From Euprymna scolopes (taxonomy: Eukaryota), in the NCBI GenBank assembly GCA_053919585.1, contig CM132821.1: a stretch of 64,000 bases of DNA; one strand, written 5' to 3'. Numbering within the stretch: position 1 is the first letter of the stretch; each line of letters starts with the position of its first letter. Under the pieces are notes generated by a model that saw only the letters and a program-made list of their open reading frames with translations, was not told the DNA's origin and searched no databases. Made by a program: the position numbers and the translations under genes. Shown here one piece after another: positions 11,671 through 25,169 of this stretch.

Positions 11671-12849
11671 GAGCAGCAAATCTACAATTAATTTTGTCGA
11701 AAGAAAAAACATAACGAGAAAAGCATCAATTTCATCGAACATTAAAATACACATGATGTTAATTAAAAATCTGCAAACTGTATTTGATTAACTGGCAACT
11801 CTTAGTCCAGCACCATTTTTAATCTGGACAAAATAAAAGGACTCGCTAGTCGCATTGCCGCTAGACTAGTTTCTAGGATGACCGTGGCTCTGTGTTTCGC
11901 ACGACATCAAGATATTTGTTTTCACTACACCTGCTAATGTTAGTGTCCATTTATTTTTAGATTTTATTTTGCCTAAATTTAACCCTAGTTATGAATCCGT
12001 AGACATTTTGAAGTTGCAGCCATCGTGTGAAACATAAACACTGATCTATTTCTATTAAAGAAAAAATTAAACTGCTGCAAATGCTTAAATTTCTAACAAT
12101 CTCTGGTGATTTAGATACATGTCTATATTTATAGGTTATCGTCTTCATCATCATCATTATTATTATCATTTATTTTATTTTATTTTTATTAAAGTGAAAT
12201 CGGATTGTTCGGTTTGGTTGTTTTTTTTTTTTACGGCATGCTAACTTTTTTGGAGTTATTTAATGCCAAATTCACTAATTTTGAAAAAAAAAAGTTTTGA
12301 TACTTCAAGTTCTTTACCTCTTCACATGGTGTTTGGTTGTTTTGTAGAAGAAAATGGTTCTTTTTGCTTTTGACTTTGCAGAACATGATTGAGTTTTGCA
12401 ATGCAAAAAGAAAAAAAAAGCATAAATGTTTGGTGCATTTTAGGCCAGGAAGCCAGTATCTTCAGACAATCTGATTTAGTAGCAGCAGATAGGAAGCAAG
12501 TAGCACCAGATTAGTGTCAGGAAATTACATTATGTATTAAAGGAGATTGAAGCGCAAAAAGACGTGGAACAAAGAGGTGAGGAAAAAAAAAAACAAAAAA
12601 AAAACAGTGCACCAGAAGCAAGGTGCACTCTGGCTCCGGAAAAAAAAAAAAAAAAAAAAAAGAGCACGAGAAACCCCCATCAGCATTCATTACTACTGGT
12701 GGTTCAAGCAATTGACAATGAACAAAAGTCTGCATCTCCAAGGATTGAACAAGAAAAACAGGTCTAATCATAAGTGATGCAACCTTTCTTTGCCAGAATG
12801 CTGCAAAGCACGTACCTTCAGCTGATAGAAACACAAATACTGAACGAGT

Positions 12850-13496
12850 CATGTATGAATGTGTAATGTTCGTGTGTTTACTATAGAAAGAAAGGTTACA
12901 GAATCTACATAAAATCTAAAATTATATTCTTATGTAAGATTTACAGAGGAAGACAATGAACACATAAACCCCTTAAAACTGCAAATATATCGTATTTTTA
13001 TGAAATTTAAATCATAAGTATACCATTTTCTGAGGTAGACAATGGAAGTGGCTCTGAATACCTAAGTACCATTCTAACCTAAGGGAGCCAGAAATTGAGG
13101 GGGAGGGGGCTCCTCACAAACTTCCAATATATCCTATTTTAATGTATTTTCTATCACATGCAGAAAATTCCTTGAGGAAGACAATGGAAGTAAACTTGAA
13201 TCTCTCTGTTACACTATGGTCCAAGTGCACCCCCCCAAACTCTAAGTGACTTATCGGAATAGAACCCATTTAAAACTTCACATACATATATTTGATTTTA
13301 TATGTACAACACATTAATTCGGAGAGTTTTCTAATATTTCAGCCTTTTTTTCTCTTTTTTTGACTATATTAAGGGACAAAATAGGAGCATGGATTAGTAA
13401 AAACGACAGAAATAATATGATGTTATGAGCATAGTGAAAAAGGTACAAAATCATGATCCTGATTTAATCCCGAGCAACATTGGACCTTCCTGCTAG
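12850..13496 (+). mobile_element. Non-autonomous Helitron remnant
   Basis: 3' end cccgagcaacattgga-ccttcctg-CTAG|T. Internal repeats gaggaagacaatg occur at ~12945, 13033 and 13174. The 5' end is degraded. Confidence 0.5.
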
Positions 13497-13839
13497 TCAT
13501 GAATATATGGTGGAAAATCAGAGATGGGATTGTGTTGGTCTATTCTCAATTTTTTTTTGTTTTTATAAACAAGATGTAAATAAAGATAATTTAAAAATAC
13601 ATATATTTTAAAAAAATTCTTTATTATTTTTACATTTGGCAGAGATGAGAGTAAAAAAAAAAAAAAAAAAAAAATTCTCGTGCATATTTTTTTTTTTTCT
13701 AAACAACCCCAACTTTGTTTTATTCACGAAAGTCAAAATTGAGAGAAAGACAACGAGTGCGCATGTAAGTGGCAGTAACCCTTTGATGAAATGAAAACCA
13801 ACTCCCCTACCCTCTTCATGAAGTGTTTGAAGTCTTCAG

Positions 13840-14486
13840 TTGGAATAGATACATCGAGATCATTGCCAAGGCTGCTGCAAAGAAGATGGGCTCTCTCTAC
13901 CGCGCTAGAAAGTTACTTACACCTTAAAGCATCCTGTACCTCTACAAAGACACCATTCGCCCATATATGGGGTACTGCTGTCACATTTGGGCTGGTGCAT
14001 CTGCTACTAGTCTCTCGCTCCTGGAAAGAGAGTCGCCAACCTAATAGGTCCCGAACTATCATCTAAGCTTCAGCCCCTGTCCCATCGACGAAATGTTGCA
14101 TTCCTTTGCCTGTTTTACGAGTATTTTCATGGTGGATGCTCTGATGAGCTACAAGGCTTTGTACACCATCAATGAAAATACCCCTGACAAACCCGACAAG
14201 CAGCTAAATCCCACCCCTACACAGTCGAGATCCCTAGATGTAAGAAAGCCTTTTACTCTAATAGCTTCTTCCCCAGAACTGCTAGACTTTGGAATTCTCT
14301 TTCGGTTTCCTGCTTCCCCAACTGTACTGACATGTAGAAATTCAAGTGTAATGTGAACAGACATCTTGCTGCTAAACTCCCTACATAGTACCCCTGCAAC
14401 TTAGGTCCCTGATAGTAGCCCCTTACATCAAAGTCGCAATGTGTCTTGTTTGGGGTGAAAATGTAATAATAATAATAATAAAAAAA
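13840..14486 (+). mobile_element. CR1/L2-group LINE subfamily A 3' fragment
   Basis: Colinear with 9535-10170, including the same 3' UTR (tgtttggggtgaaaat), and ends in a (TAA)n/A tail. Confidence 0.85.
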
Positions 14487-16225
14487 GTTAACATTTTCAG
14501 TTTTCAGAGAAAACTGTCAAAAGAGACTAAAGGAGGGCAAGGTAGGACAAAATAGGAGAGAAGATAAAAAGGAAAAAAAAAAAAAGAAATAAAATCTAGC
14601 TAAATAGCGACGAAAAAATATGGAGGTAAGACTAGTGATTTGCCCGAAATCACTAGTTTAAAATTATTGTTTAACATCCATTTCCATGCTAACATGAGTT
14701 GGTTTTGCACGATGATTCTCCCCCAGGACTCTCTGTATTGTTCTAATCTCAACTTCCTAAAGTCATCCTTAACTAACTGACTATGTCTTACATAGTCTAT
14801 CCCAATCTCAATAAACGTACATCTGCTAACTGGATTTACATTGGCCATCCTTCCGAGAAAAAAAAAAAAAAAAATGAATTTCAACAAAAAAGTAAATAAC
14901 TCATAACCAAGGAAACTATAGCGATTTAAGCAAAATCTTTTTTTTTTTTTTTTTTTTAAATCATACAAAAAAGTGAAAAACTCACATCCGCCTGTGTGCA
15001 CTTCATTTTTTTTCTTATTGGAATATAATGTGCCCCCTCCCCTCATAGTTTTAATTCTTCTACAAGTGCGATCCAAAGTAAACGCAAAACACTATTCTCG
15101 TTATTCTTTGATTATCTGCTGACTACGTCATTATTTTCCCATAAGAGAAAGAAAAAATAAAGAAAATACCAAAGAGATTTTTCTAAAAACAAAGTAAACA
15201 TTGCGATTGTTCCTAACTGGTGACAATGTTGTAAAAACATTATTTCGACAAAAGTCGTTGGATGTAAAAACGGTGCTTTTTAACTATTTTAACGATAACT
15301 AAACTGATACCCGTCCCAGGGCAAGTAAAATCACTTTCCGGAATAGAACAGTTTGTACCACTTTTAGCCCTTTTACAAATATTAATATCAAGATATAATC
15401 TTAGTAAGCCTTATTTCTAGAATCCTTATTCCAGTTTTGATCAAAATCTAGAAAATGTCTATAATTTAAGGATTAAGTTTAAAAGGTCTTGAGAAAATGA
15501 AATTAAGGGAATCTCGATGAATTAGTGTCTCATGCCTATAGAGTAAATTTAATTTTTGAAATGGGATGTTGTGTCAATATTAAGCCCCATAAAACCCGTT
15601 AAAATATCCCAAAGCAAACTGAAATTTGGGGAATATTCATTAAATGATGTCTAATAGATCGCTAAAATTTCATAATCTGAATTTTCACAAAAAGCTTCCA
15701 CCCACATTTTACTCCCTTCGCACAAATTAAACCTAAATATATCCCACATTAGCCACTCTTAACTGTGTTCCAAAATTCATAATGATTGGTTAATTAGTTT
15801 AGGGATGAATCCTATACATAGAAATAAACTCTCCCATCAAACACCGGAAATTCTTCATTGCATACTTTTTCATTTTCTTATTCCATTACATTTCATATAT
15901 ACAAATTCCTTCGTGCTTATACCCCCCCCTTTTTTTTCTTCTTCTTTGTTCCACTCTGATTGGCTGACGTCAATTCAATTCTTGGAATATTATTTTGGTT
16001 TAGGATGCCTATAACAAGTCACTCGTTCGAATGACACTAAATAAATTGAATACAAAAGTGTTTATTTTCCATTTAGCAACGTTGTTATTAACGATTGAAA
16101 GACTGTTTAGATGTCTAATTTGCATGACTATTTTTATAAACAGTTCATAATAAATTAATGTTTGATTTTATTAATTTGTAAATTTACTGTCCTGTTTTTA
16201 CTTTATATGAAGTAAAAATAGGACA

Positions 16226-16277
16226 CTAGCAGTTCAGCCCAACTTTGCTTGGGCCCTATGTACTGTTCATAACTTTA

Positions 16278-16352
<75 letters not shown>

Positions 16353-17030
16353 GTTTGACTCATGTCCAGGTAACCTACATCTAAAATTTCAAGTGTTTAG
16401 ACCCAAAAAATGGCGGAGGAGTTTGGTAGAGTCTGCAAAAGTCAACTCTTTCAACTTTGACCTCTTGGCATGCCAAATTTTCGCCACAAAACTGATTAAA
16501 AAGCTTAGTGCATATCTGAATACGCTTTATGTAAAATTTCAAATGTTTAAACCCAAAATTGGCTGAATAGTTTGCTAGAGACCGCAAAGGTCAAATCTTT
16601 TGAACTTTGAGCATTTGGTAGCCCAATTTTCGACCAAAAACCGAATGAAAAAGCCTGCCCTATGTCTGAATACACTTCATGTAACATTTCAATGTTTAGA
16701 CCGAATATTGGCTGAGTGGTCAAATTTTTTAAAACGTTGACCCCAATTTTGACCTCCTTAACATTTATTGTTTTGGGCTCAAATCAAATTAAAAAGTTTG
16801 ACTCATGTCTAAGGAACCTACATCTAAAATTTCAAGTATTTAGACCCAAAATTGACGGAGGAGTTTGATAGCGTTTTCAAAGGTCAAATCGTTGAACTTT
16901 GGCAGCTAAATTTCTGGCCGAAAGCCGATTAAAAAGATTTTCCCAAATCTCAATACCCCATATATCAAATCTGGTAGGGAAATGTACACAGACACACAGA
17001 CAATTTCACTTTTATAGATATATAGATAGA
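16226..17030 (-). mobile_element. Non-autonomous Helitron with internal tandem repeats
   Basis: Minus strand: 5' A|TCTATCTATATATCTATAAAAGTGAAATTGTCTGTGTGTC, 3' hairpin gcccaagcaaagttgggc then gaactg-CTAG|T. Internal repeats aaaagtttgactcatgtc are present. A fragment of the same family lies at 54580-54880 in the opposite orientation. Confidence 0.85.
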
Positions 17031-17189
17031 TTAGTTCTGTCGAGATTAACATTAAATTAAATTTATTAATTAAAGTCATTTAATAAGAAAAAAGGATTAA
17101 AAAATTCTTAAATTAATTTAACAGCACTCTTCAGGGAGCACGAAGTGAGAAAAGAAAAACGGTGGAAAGGATGGGTCGTTTGTTTGCTT

Positions 17190-17239
<50 letters not shown>

Positions 17240-17336
17240 GAAAGCGAAGACTAGAAAGACTATTTCGGTGTTGAGCACTCTTGTATTAACCTCGTTGAAC
17301 TTCATTGGTTACTTAACCTCTGGAAAACAATAACCT

Positions 17337-17369
<33 letters not shown>

Positions 17370-17568
17370 AATACGAAAAATATATAAATGATGTGTACAT
17401 CTTTTTATCTTTTCTGTATTTATTTCTTATGTGTTGACGTGTAGGAATACAAAAAGTCTTTTGAAAAAAAAAACACAAAAAAAAAAAAAAAAAAACAAGA
17501 ATGTTTCCTTCAAAAGCATATATTTTCGACCGATCCTTCGATCTTCCTCAGTGTGATATTTATATATG

Positions 17569-17632
<64 letters not shown>

Positions 17633-18459
17633 TTTTATAGAAAGGAGGTTTGCCAATCTGGTGACAATGTGAAACGGGTCAAAGTTTTTATAGTTTTATT
17701 ATGTAGATAGACATCTATTAAATAGAAAAAAAAGGAAAAAAAAATCTCAACTACTTGAAAAATTACAACAAAACGATCTACATAACAAGAGTAACTGGTA
17801 AGAGATAACTGGTGGACTGGTGGAGCACAAGAGTGTGTTCTACTAAATAATACAACGTGCTTCGTTCCATCTCCACGTATATACATCCACCCCCAACATC
17901 TTACTAAAAAAAAAAAAAATTTTTTTAAAAAGACACCATTTGACATTCAGGGGCGTCTTTTGACGACCAACCGACGAATACTTTCCCACACTTAAAAAAA
18001 AAAAAAAAATGGCGACTGGAACAAACCTAGTCAGTCACATATGGCTGACTGAGAAGCCCCAACGAAAATTTTTTTTTTATTATTATTATTTACAAAACAG
18101 TGACATAACAGGCGTTTTCAAACAGCATAACAAAAACTCAAAAATTAAGTATTTTATTATAGAACAGAGATATTTTTTACCCACTCGCCTCCTCGCACCC
18201 TAACGCTTGTCCCCTTTTACTCGTGTGCTGGTTAAATATGGCTACCAATATATGTTACCGATTGACCATGTATGTTCTAAAGAAAAAGAACAATTCTCCA
18301 TTCGGAAAATAATTATTATAATTGCACATTTGGGATAATTTTAATCAAAATATCGTAAGTGAATTCGTGTTTGAACTTTGATTTTTATTGGAGAAAGTCG
18401 AATATTTAATTTTATTCATTTATTTTTTTTTTTTTTTTACTGCAAAACAAACAATTTTG

Positions 18460-19025
18460 GGGGTTGTATTACTGTACAAATAGATTCGAAAAAGTTGTCA
18501 AAAAACAAATATATAACAAATAAATGGTATCAAAAGCAAGATAAGTTACTTTTCTACCAAACTGGATATATTTTTCGTGTTTTTATTCAATGTAACATGT
18601 TTATTCAGCTCGAAAAACATACATTGTCTACCGATGTATTGAAAAATTCAAAATGGCGCCCGACACTCTCTTTAACACAGTAAGTTCGGGAAAAGGTGTT
18701 ATAAATAATAAACTAGACAAAATACTATTAAAAAACCACCGAATATATATCAACCTATGTCACGGTAATGTATATTGAGCGAGTTTCTAACAGTATTTTG
18801 TCTAGTTTTATATTTATAGCACCTTTTCCCAAACTTACCGTGTTAAAGAGAGAGTCGGTAAACACAGTATGTTTTTCGAGCTGAATAAACGTGTTACATT
18901 AAATAAAAACACTGAAAACATATCCAGTTAGGTAGAAAAGTAACTTATCTTCCCTTTGATAACATTTGTTATATATTTGTTTTTTGACAACTTTTTCGAA
19001 TCTATGTGTACAGTAATACAAACCC
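18460..19025. mobile_element. ~570-bp fold-back MITE with probable 8-bp TSD
   Basis: Arms of ~260 bp are complementary (ggggttgtattactgtacaaatagattcgaaaaagttgtcaaaaaac / gttttttgacaactttttcgaatctatgtgtacagtaatacaaaccc). Flanks caattttg (18452-18459) and caattttt (19026-19033) match 7/8. Confidence 0.85.
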
Positions 19026-19270
19026 CAATTTTTATATAATATTTTTCAGTCCGTTCTTTTAATAATAAATAAAACTTTTCGCTGAATATTTTCAAATATT
19101 TTACAGTAAGCATTTTTCACGGCGGTATTTTTTTTTTTTTTTTTTTTTTTTTTTACGATTGGTAAATTATAAATATTTTAGCACGGGGTGTAATTCATTT
19201 CTTTGAAATATATTTAAAACTTCAATTTTTTGTTTTTTATAACATTTTAACTGTAAATAATTTACATAAC

Positions 19271-19571
19271 GAGTTTGTTTTACTGTACACATAGATTCGA
19301 AAAAGTTGTCAAAAAAACAAATATATAACAAATAAACGTTATCAAAGGCAAGATAAGTTACAAACATGCCGACATTTTTCTTTTTAAAATATATTGATAA
19401 AGATTGTATGATTTTTGAAACGATTACACGTTTTAAAGTGAGTAAAACCACTAAAAACCTTCCCAGATAGGTAGAAGAGTAACTTATCCTGCCTTTGATA
19501 ACCTTTATTTGTGATACATTTGTTTTTTTTTGACAACTTTTTCGAATCTATGTGTACAGTAATACAAACCT
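19271..19571. mobile_element. Shorter MITE with the same TIRs as 18460-19025
   Basis: gagtttgttttactgtacacatagattcgaaaaagttgtc ... gacaactttttcgaatctatgtgtacagtaatacaaacc. No TSD recognised. Confidence 0.8.
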
Positions 19572-19704
19572 AAAATTTAATTTAACTTGAAAATAATATT
19601 TAAAATACACGTGCGTACACTGCACAAGCACCCTTATTATTATCATAATAATAATAATAATAATAATAATAGTAATAATAATAATAATAATAATAAAAAA
19701 CTGG

Positions 19705-20035
19705 TGTAGATGACATCGACTGGCGCCACACCACACCAACTAGTCGTGTAGGGTCAGGGAGGATGGAAAGACCGAGGTGAGAGAGTACTGACCAAGTGTC
19801 CACTGGAAGTGTGCAGTTCAAATCTGGTACCTTGGAGAGGCATTTTGTCACCCAAACCTCAGGAAACACCAATAGCCGATGCCAACGAGAACCACTGACA
19901 ACGGCTGTTGCGATAATATGCAGTCATCTGCACAAGTTGTCAAAAGGTGAAGAACACTGGAAATCTGGGGAGACTTGTCACTTAGTCTCCAGGGAACACC
20001 ACAGGTTACTGCCAGTGAGCAATCACTGATGATGG
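19705..20035 (+). mobile_element. Degenerate 3' end of an R4/Dong-like (RLE) LINE next to a (TAA)n tract
   Basis: The coding remnant resembles GxLG..VTPNL...RRTLE and is followed by a ggagacttgtcacttagtctccag 3' UTR. It is adjacent to (AAT)n at 19646-19697. Recognition is from memory only. Confidence 0.35.
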
Positions 20036-20782
20036 CTTGTGAGACAACTAATACGCTACACATTTTGATGAAAAACATGGGGGAAAAATGCACATAGAAG
20101 AACAGAAAACCAAAACTTTAAATATAATTTCTGTATTTAAAGTAATAGTTATTTAAATATTTCAACATATAATCTTGTGGAGAAAATCCAGCTTCCCAAT
20201 AAGGGGCACTCTGGATAAGAACAAAAATAATCTCAGTCATGAAAGATTTCTCCTCCACCGACCGAAGACAAAAAAGGTAAAGTGTAGCATCAAAACAGAT
20301 ACTACACTGTGATCTTGTTCCGAAGGCCCAAAAATATTTGTTTAATGTTTCTTTAATTGTTTGTTCCCTGAATTCATAATTCAGTTTTATCAGTATTAAA
20401 TTGTATATTGCTTTAAAATTACTTAAATTTTACATAGATAATATTTATATTTTATATTGAATAAACTTCAGTTTAAGTATTAATCGAACCGTGTTCCTTT
20501 TTCTTTTTAAACATGTTTTATTGCTCTTTTTCAAATGGCCCTCATATTAGTACTGACAGTCTGACAAATTTTACCTACATTGCCTGCAGACATTTTTCAG
20601 TTAACAGGCCTTCTTCTTACTCTCGGTGGCCGTGGTTTAGCACCCCCCCCCTCCCCGACTTGTGGACTTGTGACCGTATTCTCCTGATGCTAGAGTTAAC
20701 AAAATTTTTTATTCTCCTAAAAAAGGATATTGTATCGTCTTCGTTAATGATTTACGAAATAGTGAGTTAACAATATACGCCA

Positions 20783-21190
20783 CTTGTCCAGAATTTTCCT
20801 ATATGAAAAAATAAAGAAAATTTTATATGATGTACGTTGCCGTGATGAACAGAAAATATCGTACACCAAAAAATCACATAACTTGATCAAGCATATTTAT
20901 TTTTTATAGAGAAAATTTTTAAGCGAACTTGAGTTTTTCCACTCCTTTCCTGACTTTCTTGCAAATTCGAATTATTTTGAATTATCTCCCTTGCTCCTTC
21001 AGACTTTTCAAGATGGCATCGCTATATCGTCGCTCATAGTTTAGCCGTATTTTTTCTTTTTCTTATTTAAGAATAAAACTACTTGATCAATTAACGTAAT
21101 TTTTGGTGTACGATATTTTCTTTCCATCACAAGTACGCACATCATACAGATTTTATTGAATTTTGAATTTTTCTCATATGGAAGCATCCA
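20783..21190. mobile_element. MITE family A, copy 2
   Basis: cttgtccagaattttcctatatg...aaaatatcgtacaccaaaaa / tttttggtgtacgatatttt...ctcatatggaa. Homologous to 1012-1400. Confidence 0.7.
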
Positions 21191-21734
21191 ACCTTATTTC
21201 AAAACAACAAACCAGACGCAGACAGAGCGAACTATTTTAGTAAAGAACAGGAGATAATGCACCCAGCATTCTCTCTTTTTTTTTTTTTTTTTTTTTTTTA
21301 CAAGGGAAAAGTCGTAGGAGGATCATGATTAACCTTATCATAAAATTATCTTTTGCAAACCGCCCCCCCCCCACCCCACCAAAAAACCCGCATAAAATTA
21401 GGGTTACGGTAAACAACAATAACAAAAGGTTTTATTATTTAATAGGATCGACCTAATAGATGTCATTGAAGATTTGCATAAAAAGATAGTTTCCTTTATA
21501 GTTATGCCTCCACATGAGTCCACAGTTACCTTCAATTCTGCGGTGTGTTCAAAAGTGACGTTTAAAGCTAGACCATAACAATGTGTATACAGAACAAAAA
21601 TAGGTCATGGCATGCGCGTTCACTGCTGATGACGTGTCAGTTTGTTACACTAATATTTTTGCTAAACGTTTGAATTCAGTTAAATGTTACAATCGGCGAT
21701 AGAAATTACTGATAGAAACATTTCTGAGTTTTGG

Positions 21735-22320
21735 AGATGAGAATTGGTTATTCATATTATTTGGACTACTGTTCTTATCTTGAGTGTCATTTTTACAACG
21801 TTTCGGTCCATGTAACTTCCGACCTTCTTCAGGTGGATGTAACCTCCGACCTTCTTCGGGAGTATATTATCGAACTCCATAATGTTTCTGTCCAACTCGG
21901 GAATCTGTACGGAATTTCAAACGGAGGTAGCAAGTAATTCACAATTATATTTTTTTGGTCTCTCACACTGAGAATTGAACTTTCAACCTTTAAGATAATA
22001 ACTTTTACAATTGAATTTTTTTCAAGTACTCTAATCACTGCGCCATGGGATCCAATCAGAAAAGTCATATTATCCTGAAGGTTCAATTCCCAGTGTAGGC
22101 AACCGAAAAATACAATTGTGAATTACTTAGGACTTCTATTCAGTCATGGCTGGCGGAATAAGAACATGCTACCCATGTGAAGTAAATAAAATGCTTCGTT
22201 CGAAATTCCGTCCAGATTCCAGAGGTCGACATGAAGGTTGGAGGTCACATTGACCGAAACGTTGTGAAAATGACACTCAAGATGAGAACAGTCGTCTGAA
22301 GAAGGCAAATAATATGATAG
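21735..22320. mobile_element. Fold-back family H2: ~590-bp palindrome with hammerhead-like cores on the arms
   Basis: The left arm ctgttcttatcttgagtgtcatttttacaacgtttcggtc pairs with the right arm gaccgaaacgttgtgaaaatgacactcaagatgagaacag. The complementarity continues inward. Confidence 0.8.
21794..21836 (-). ncRNA. Minimal type I hammerhead ribozyme motif (Penelope type)
   Basis: cac CUGAAGA a GGUC-ggaaguuacaug-GACC GAAAC GUU gua. The conserved core and stem II are intact. Confidence 0.6.
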
Positions 22321-22344
22321 AAGCATATCCAACGTCATCAATCG

Positions 22345-22605
22345 TGCAAAAATCTAATGCTTTATCAATATTTTGTTTGATTTTCGAGCGATTATTGAAG
22401 CTCAATTATAAGAAGACAATTTTTTTTCGTTCTAATACTAAGGACTTGATACTTGGCATTTAAACATGAAAAAATGAAAATAAGTTAAAACAAAAAAAAA
22501 TATTCAGGTAGGTATAAGAGTAATTTAGCTTGCCTTTGGTAACATTTATTTGTTATACATTTATTTGTTCACCTTTCTTTTGCTTTTGTTGGTTATTCTA
22601 ATAAA
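22345..22605. mobile_element. Half copy of fold-back family B
   Basis: ttttcgagcgattattgaagctcaa and caggtaggtataagagtaatttagcttgcctttggtaacatttatttgtt match 4920-4950 and 6780-6830. Confidence 0.6.
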
Positions 22606-23073
22606 TGCACAAATAAACGAAACGAAGTGCACTTTCACCCGTCTTTACAAGCAATTCAGTTTTTCTCAGTCCGGGTGGTTTCGTAGTACGCCGTGAAGCC
22701 ACATGTAGATCTCATAGACATCCGCCCTCGAGACAAAAGATTGAAATCTTCTTTGTTTAAAAAGGAAGGAAGTGAACATATTCTTAAAGTGGGGAATGTC
22801 GAGTGGGGGAGGGAAGTTTTATCTATAAGTTCGACTTAATTTTAATGTTTTATTTTTTTATTCCTCCTCCTTTTAGCGTGGGAAAGGATAGATTTACGTA
22901 AAGGCCTCGTCAACTGAACTTGACGTCATACAAATAGATCTGAAATTTGTGTCACTGAATTCATTGAAACCTCCACCAGGAGATTAGACGCAAGGTCAGG
23001 TGGGGATTGAAAAACAAATCGCAAAAGAAAGTGACCAAAAGTCATGATGATGATGATGATTATGATGATCTCC

Positions 23074-23103
23074 ACCTGGGAAACGCCGGGTAGAGAAAGC
23101 TAG
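23074..23103 (+). mobile_element. Orphan Helitron 3' terminus
   Basis: cctgggaaacgccggg hairpin plus tagagaaag-CTAG|T. The hairpin is of the same type as those at 44058 and 44493. Confidence 0.5.
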
Positions 23104-23370
23104 TACATATAATATATATAAACCTATCAATCAAAATAAAGAAATAATGGCCGAACTGATCCGTGACTTATGGTATGTATTTATAAAAAACAAAAAACAA
23201 ACTATTTACGGATGTCAGCAGGTACTGCTTATTTGTTCTAAGTTGGTGGTCGGCACATCAAGTCATGTTCTGATTTCGTTCCAAATATAACATGTTGTTC
23301 AGATGGCAAACCCATATTCTCCAATGCCAAGTAGAAAAAAGAAAACGAAAACAGGAGAAAACGTGATAAA

Positions 23371-23429
<59 letters not shown>

Positions 23430-23544
23430 AAGGTGAGGTACCGATAATTGAGAAAAAATGTTTGTGTTCTTTTAGCTAAACAAACAGAGATGTGTACTCA
23501 TTTGTTTTGATAATAGTCCAATACCACAGATGCAAAAAGGAATA

Positions 23545-24000
23545 TATCATCATCTATCATCATCAATTTAACGTCCGTTTCACATGCTGGCATACGTTAA
23601 GTGGCTTTAAAAAATTGACTTCCAATCTAATCTATTGCTGCCTAGGTATGTTATCTTTTAGGCTCATTTTCATAATTTCCTCCCATTTTCCTTGGCTTTC
23701 CACTGAACTGAACCTGCTACCTCAACTGTTCTACTACTAATCCAATAACTCTCACCCATTATTTCCACGTGCCAATCCAATCAATGTCATACACTACACT
23801 CCTTAAACAGTTCGGATATAATCTTCCTCCGATCTAGGCCTATCATTAAAACTCACATTACACATCAATTGTATAATATATAATTTGATATATATAGTAT
23901 AATATCCATTGTATAATCGTCATGTTATTTCTCTCTCAACAATGCATGTCCACAACCTTCACTTCCATACACCACCACACTGCATATACATGCCTGATAG
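23545..24000 (-). mobile_element. RTE-type LINE 3' fragment
   Basis: The minus strand ends tatgccagcatgtgaaacggacgttaaattgatgatg. Upstream coding remnant VEVAGSVQWKAKENGR is homologous to 45577-45808 and 46480-47120. Confidence 0.7.
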
Positions 24001-24025
24001 AGACATACACATACACGCATATATA

Positions 24026-24778
24026 TCTATAATATAAAGCTGAACGTCTGTGTGTCTGGTCCTGAATAGGCGCCTATATGGTTGACTATTATAGAAAACT
24101 GATCACATATAAGTATAGAAGATGTATCGAGACACAGGAATGGGTATGTTTGATCTGGCATAATGATGATTCATTAAAATTGTGGGGTCTGCGTACGCGC
24201 CTGGTCCACAAAGTATGGAAATAAAACATTTAAAAATTAAAAAAAAAAACGTTTACAAGTGTTTTTGATATAGATGTACATAATAATACTTTGATAAGTA
24301 TGTTTTAACTTAAATAGGGATGGTATAATAAAATTGTGGGGTCTGCGTTCGTGCCTGGACTCCATAGAATGGAAATAGGTACAAACTTTAATAAAGACTT
24401 TTCATATCTATCTGTGTAAGTATACTTTGATAATTATGTTTCAGTTTGAAGAAATATGGTATAATAAAATTATGGGGTGTTCGTTCGTGCCTGACCTCCA
24501 TAGAATGGAAATATGTCACAAAATTTAACAAGGTTTTTTAATATAGATCCACAGAATATTGTGATAAGTGTTTCAGTGTGAACAGGTATGGTATAATAAA
24601 TTATGAGGTTTATCTATTTTATTTTTACTTTCATCATATCTTGCTTTGGTTTTGATACCCCCAAATTCAAAGCTATCTCTTTACAACCCTCCCTTTTCAT
24701 AACCTATCATACTTTCATAAATCAGAGTCCATTTTCTGTAGGCTGTTTTTGAACCCAGTCGACGATGGGTACTTTTGC
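24026..24778 (+). mobile_element. Non-autonomous Helitron (same family as 37005-37740)
   Basis: 5' A|TCTATAATATAAAG...tgtgtgtctgg. About four internal repeats of ~130-150 bp start taaaattgtggggtctgcgt. The 3' hairpin acccagtcgacgatgggt is present but the terminal CTAG is lost. Confidence 0.8.
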
Positions 24779-24787
24779 ACACACACA

Positions 24788-24844
24788 TTGTAAATTTAAA
24801 AAATTTTAATTCCAGTTACCACAAAAAGTCAATTCATAATCAGG

Positions 24845-24880
<36 letters not shown>

Positions 24881-24990
24881 ATTTATATTTACTTTTTCCA
24901 TATGGAAAAAGTAAATAACTCACGTACATTTTAACAAAAAATCATAATTGTGGATTGACATTTTGTGGTAACGTGAAATAAAATTTACAG
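24788..24990. mobile_element. Small fold-back MITE with perfect palindromic centre
   Basis: gttaccacaaaa / ttttgtggtaac arms; centre tatttactttttccatatggaaaaagtaaata. Confidence 0.6.
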
Positions 24991-25169
24991 TAAACATGTT
25001 CCTAAGACAATATATCTTCATTGAACTCGTAGGCATATTGACTATTTTTTAAGAAATATATATACCTTAAAAGTATACAGTATACATTTTATTTTCATTC
25101 ATATATATTTAATAAATGTTCTGAGTTTGTTTCAAAGTGTTTAAAATTCATACAATTGTTTCTGCCATT

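Noticed and set aside
20170-20360. Possible piggyBac cysteine-rich C-terminal remnant
   Set aside because: It is too degenerate, and no TTAA-bounded TIR pair or catalytic motifs were found.
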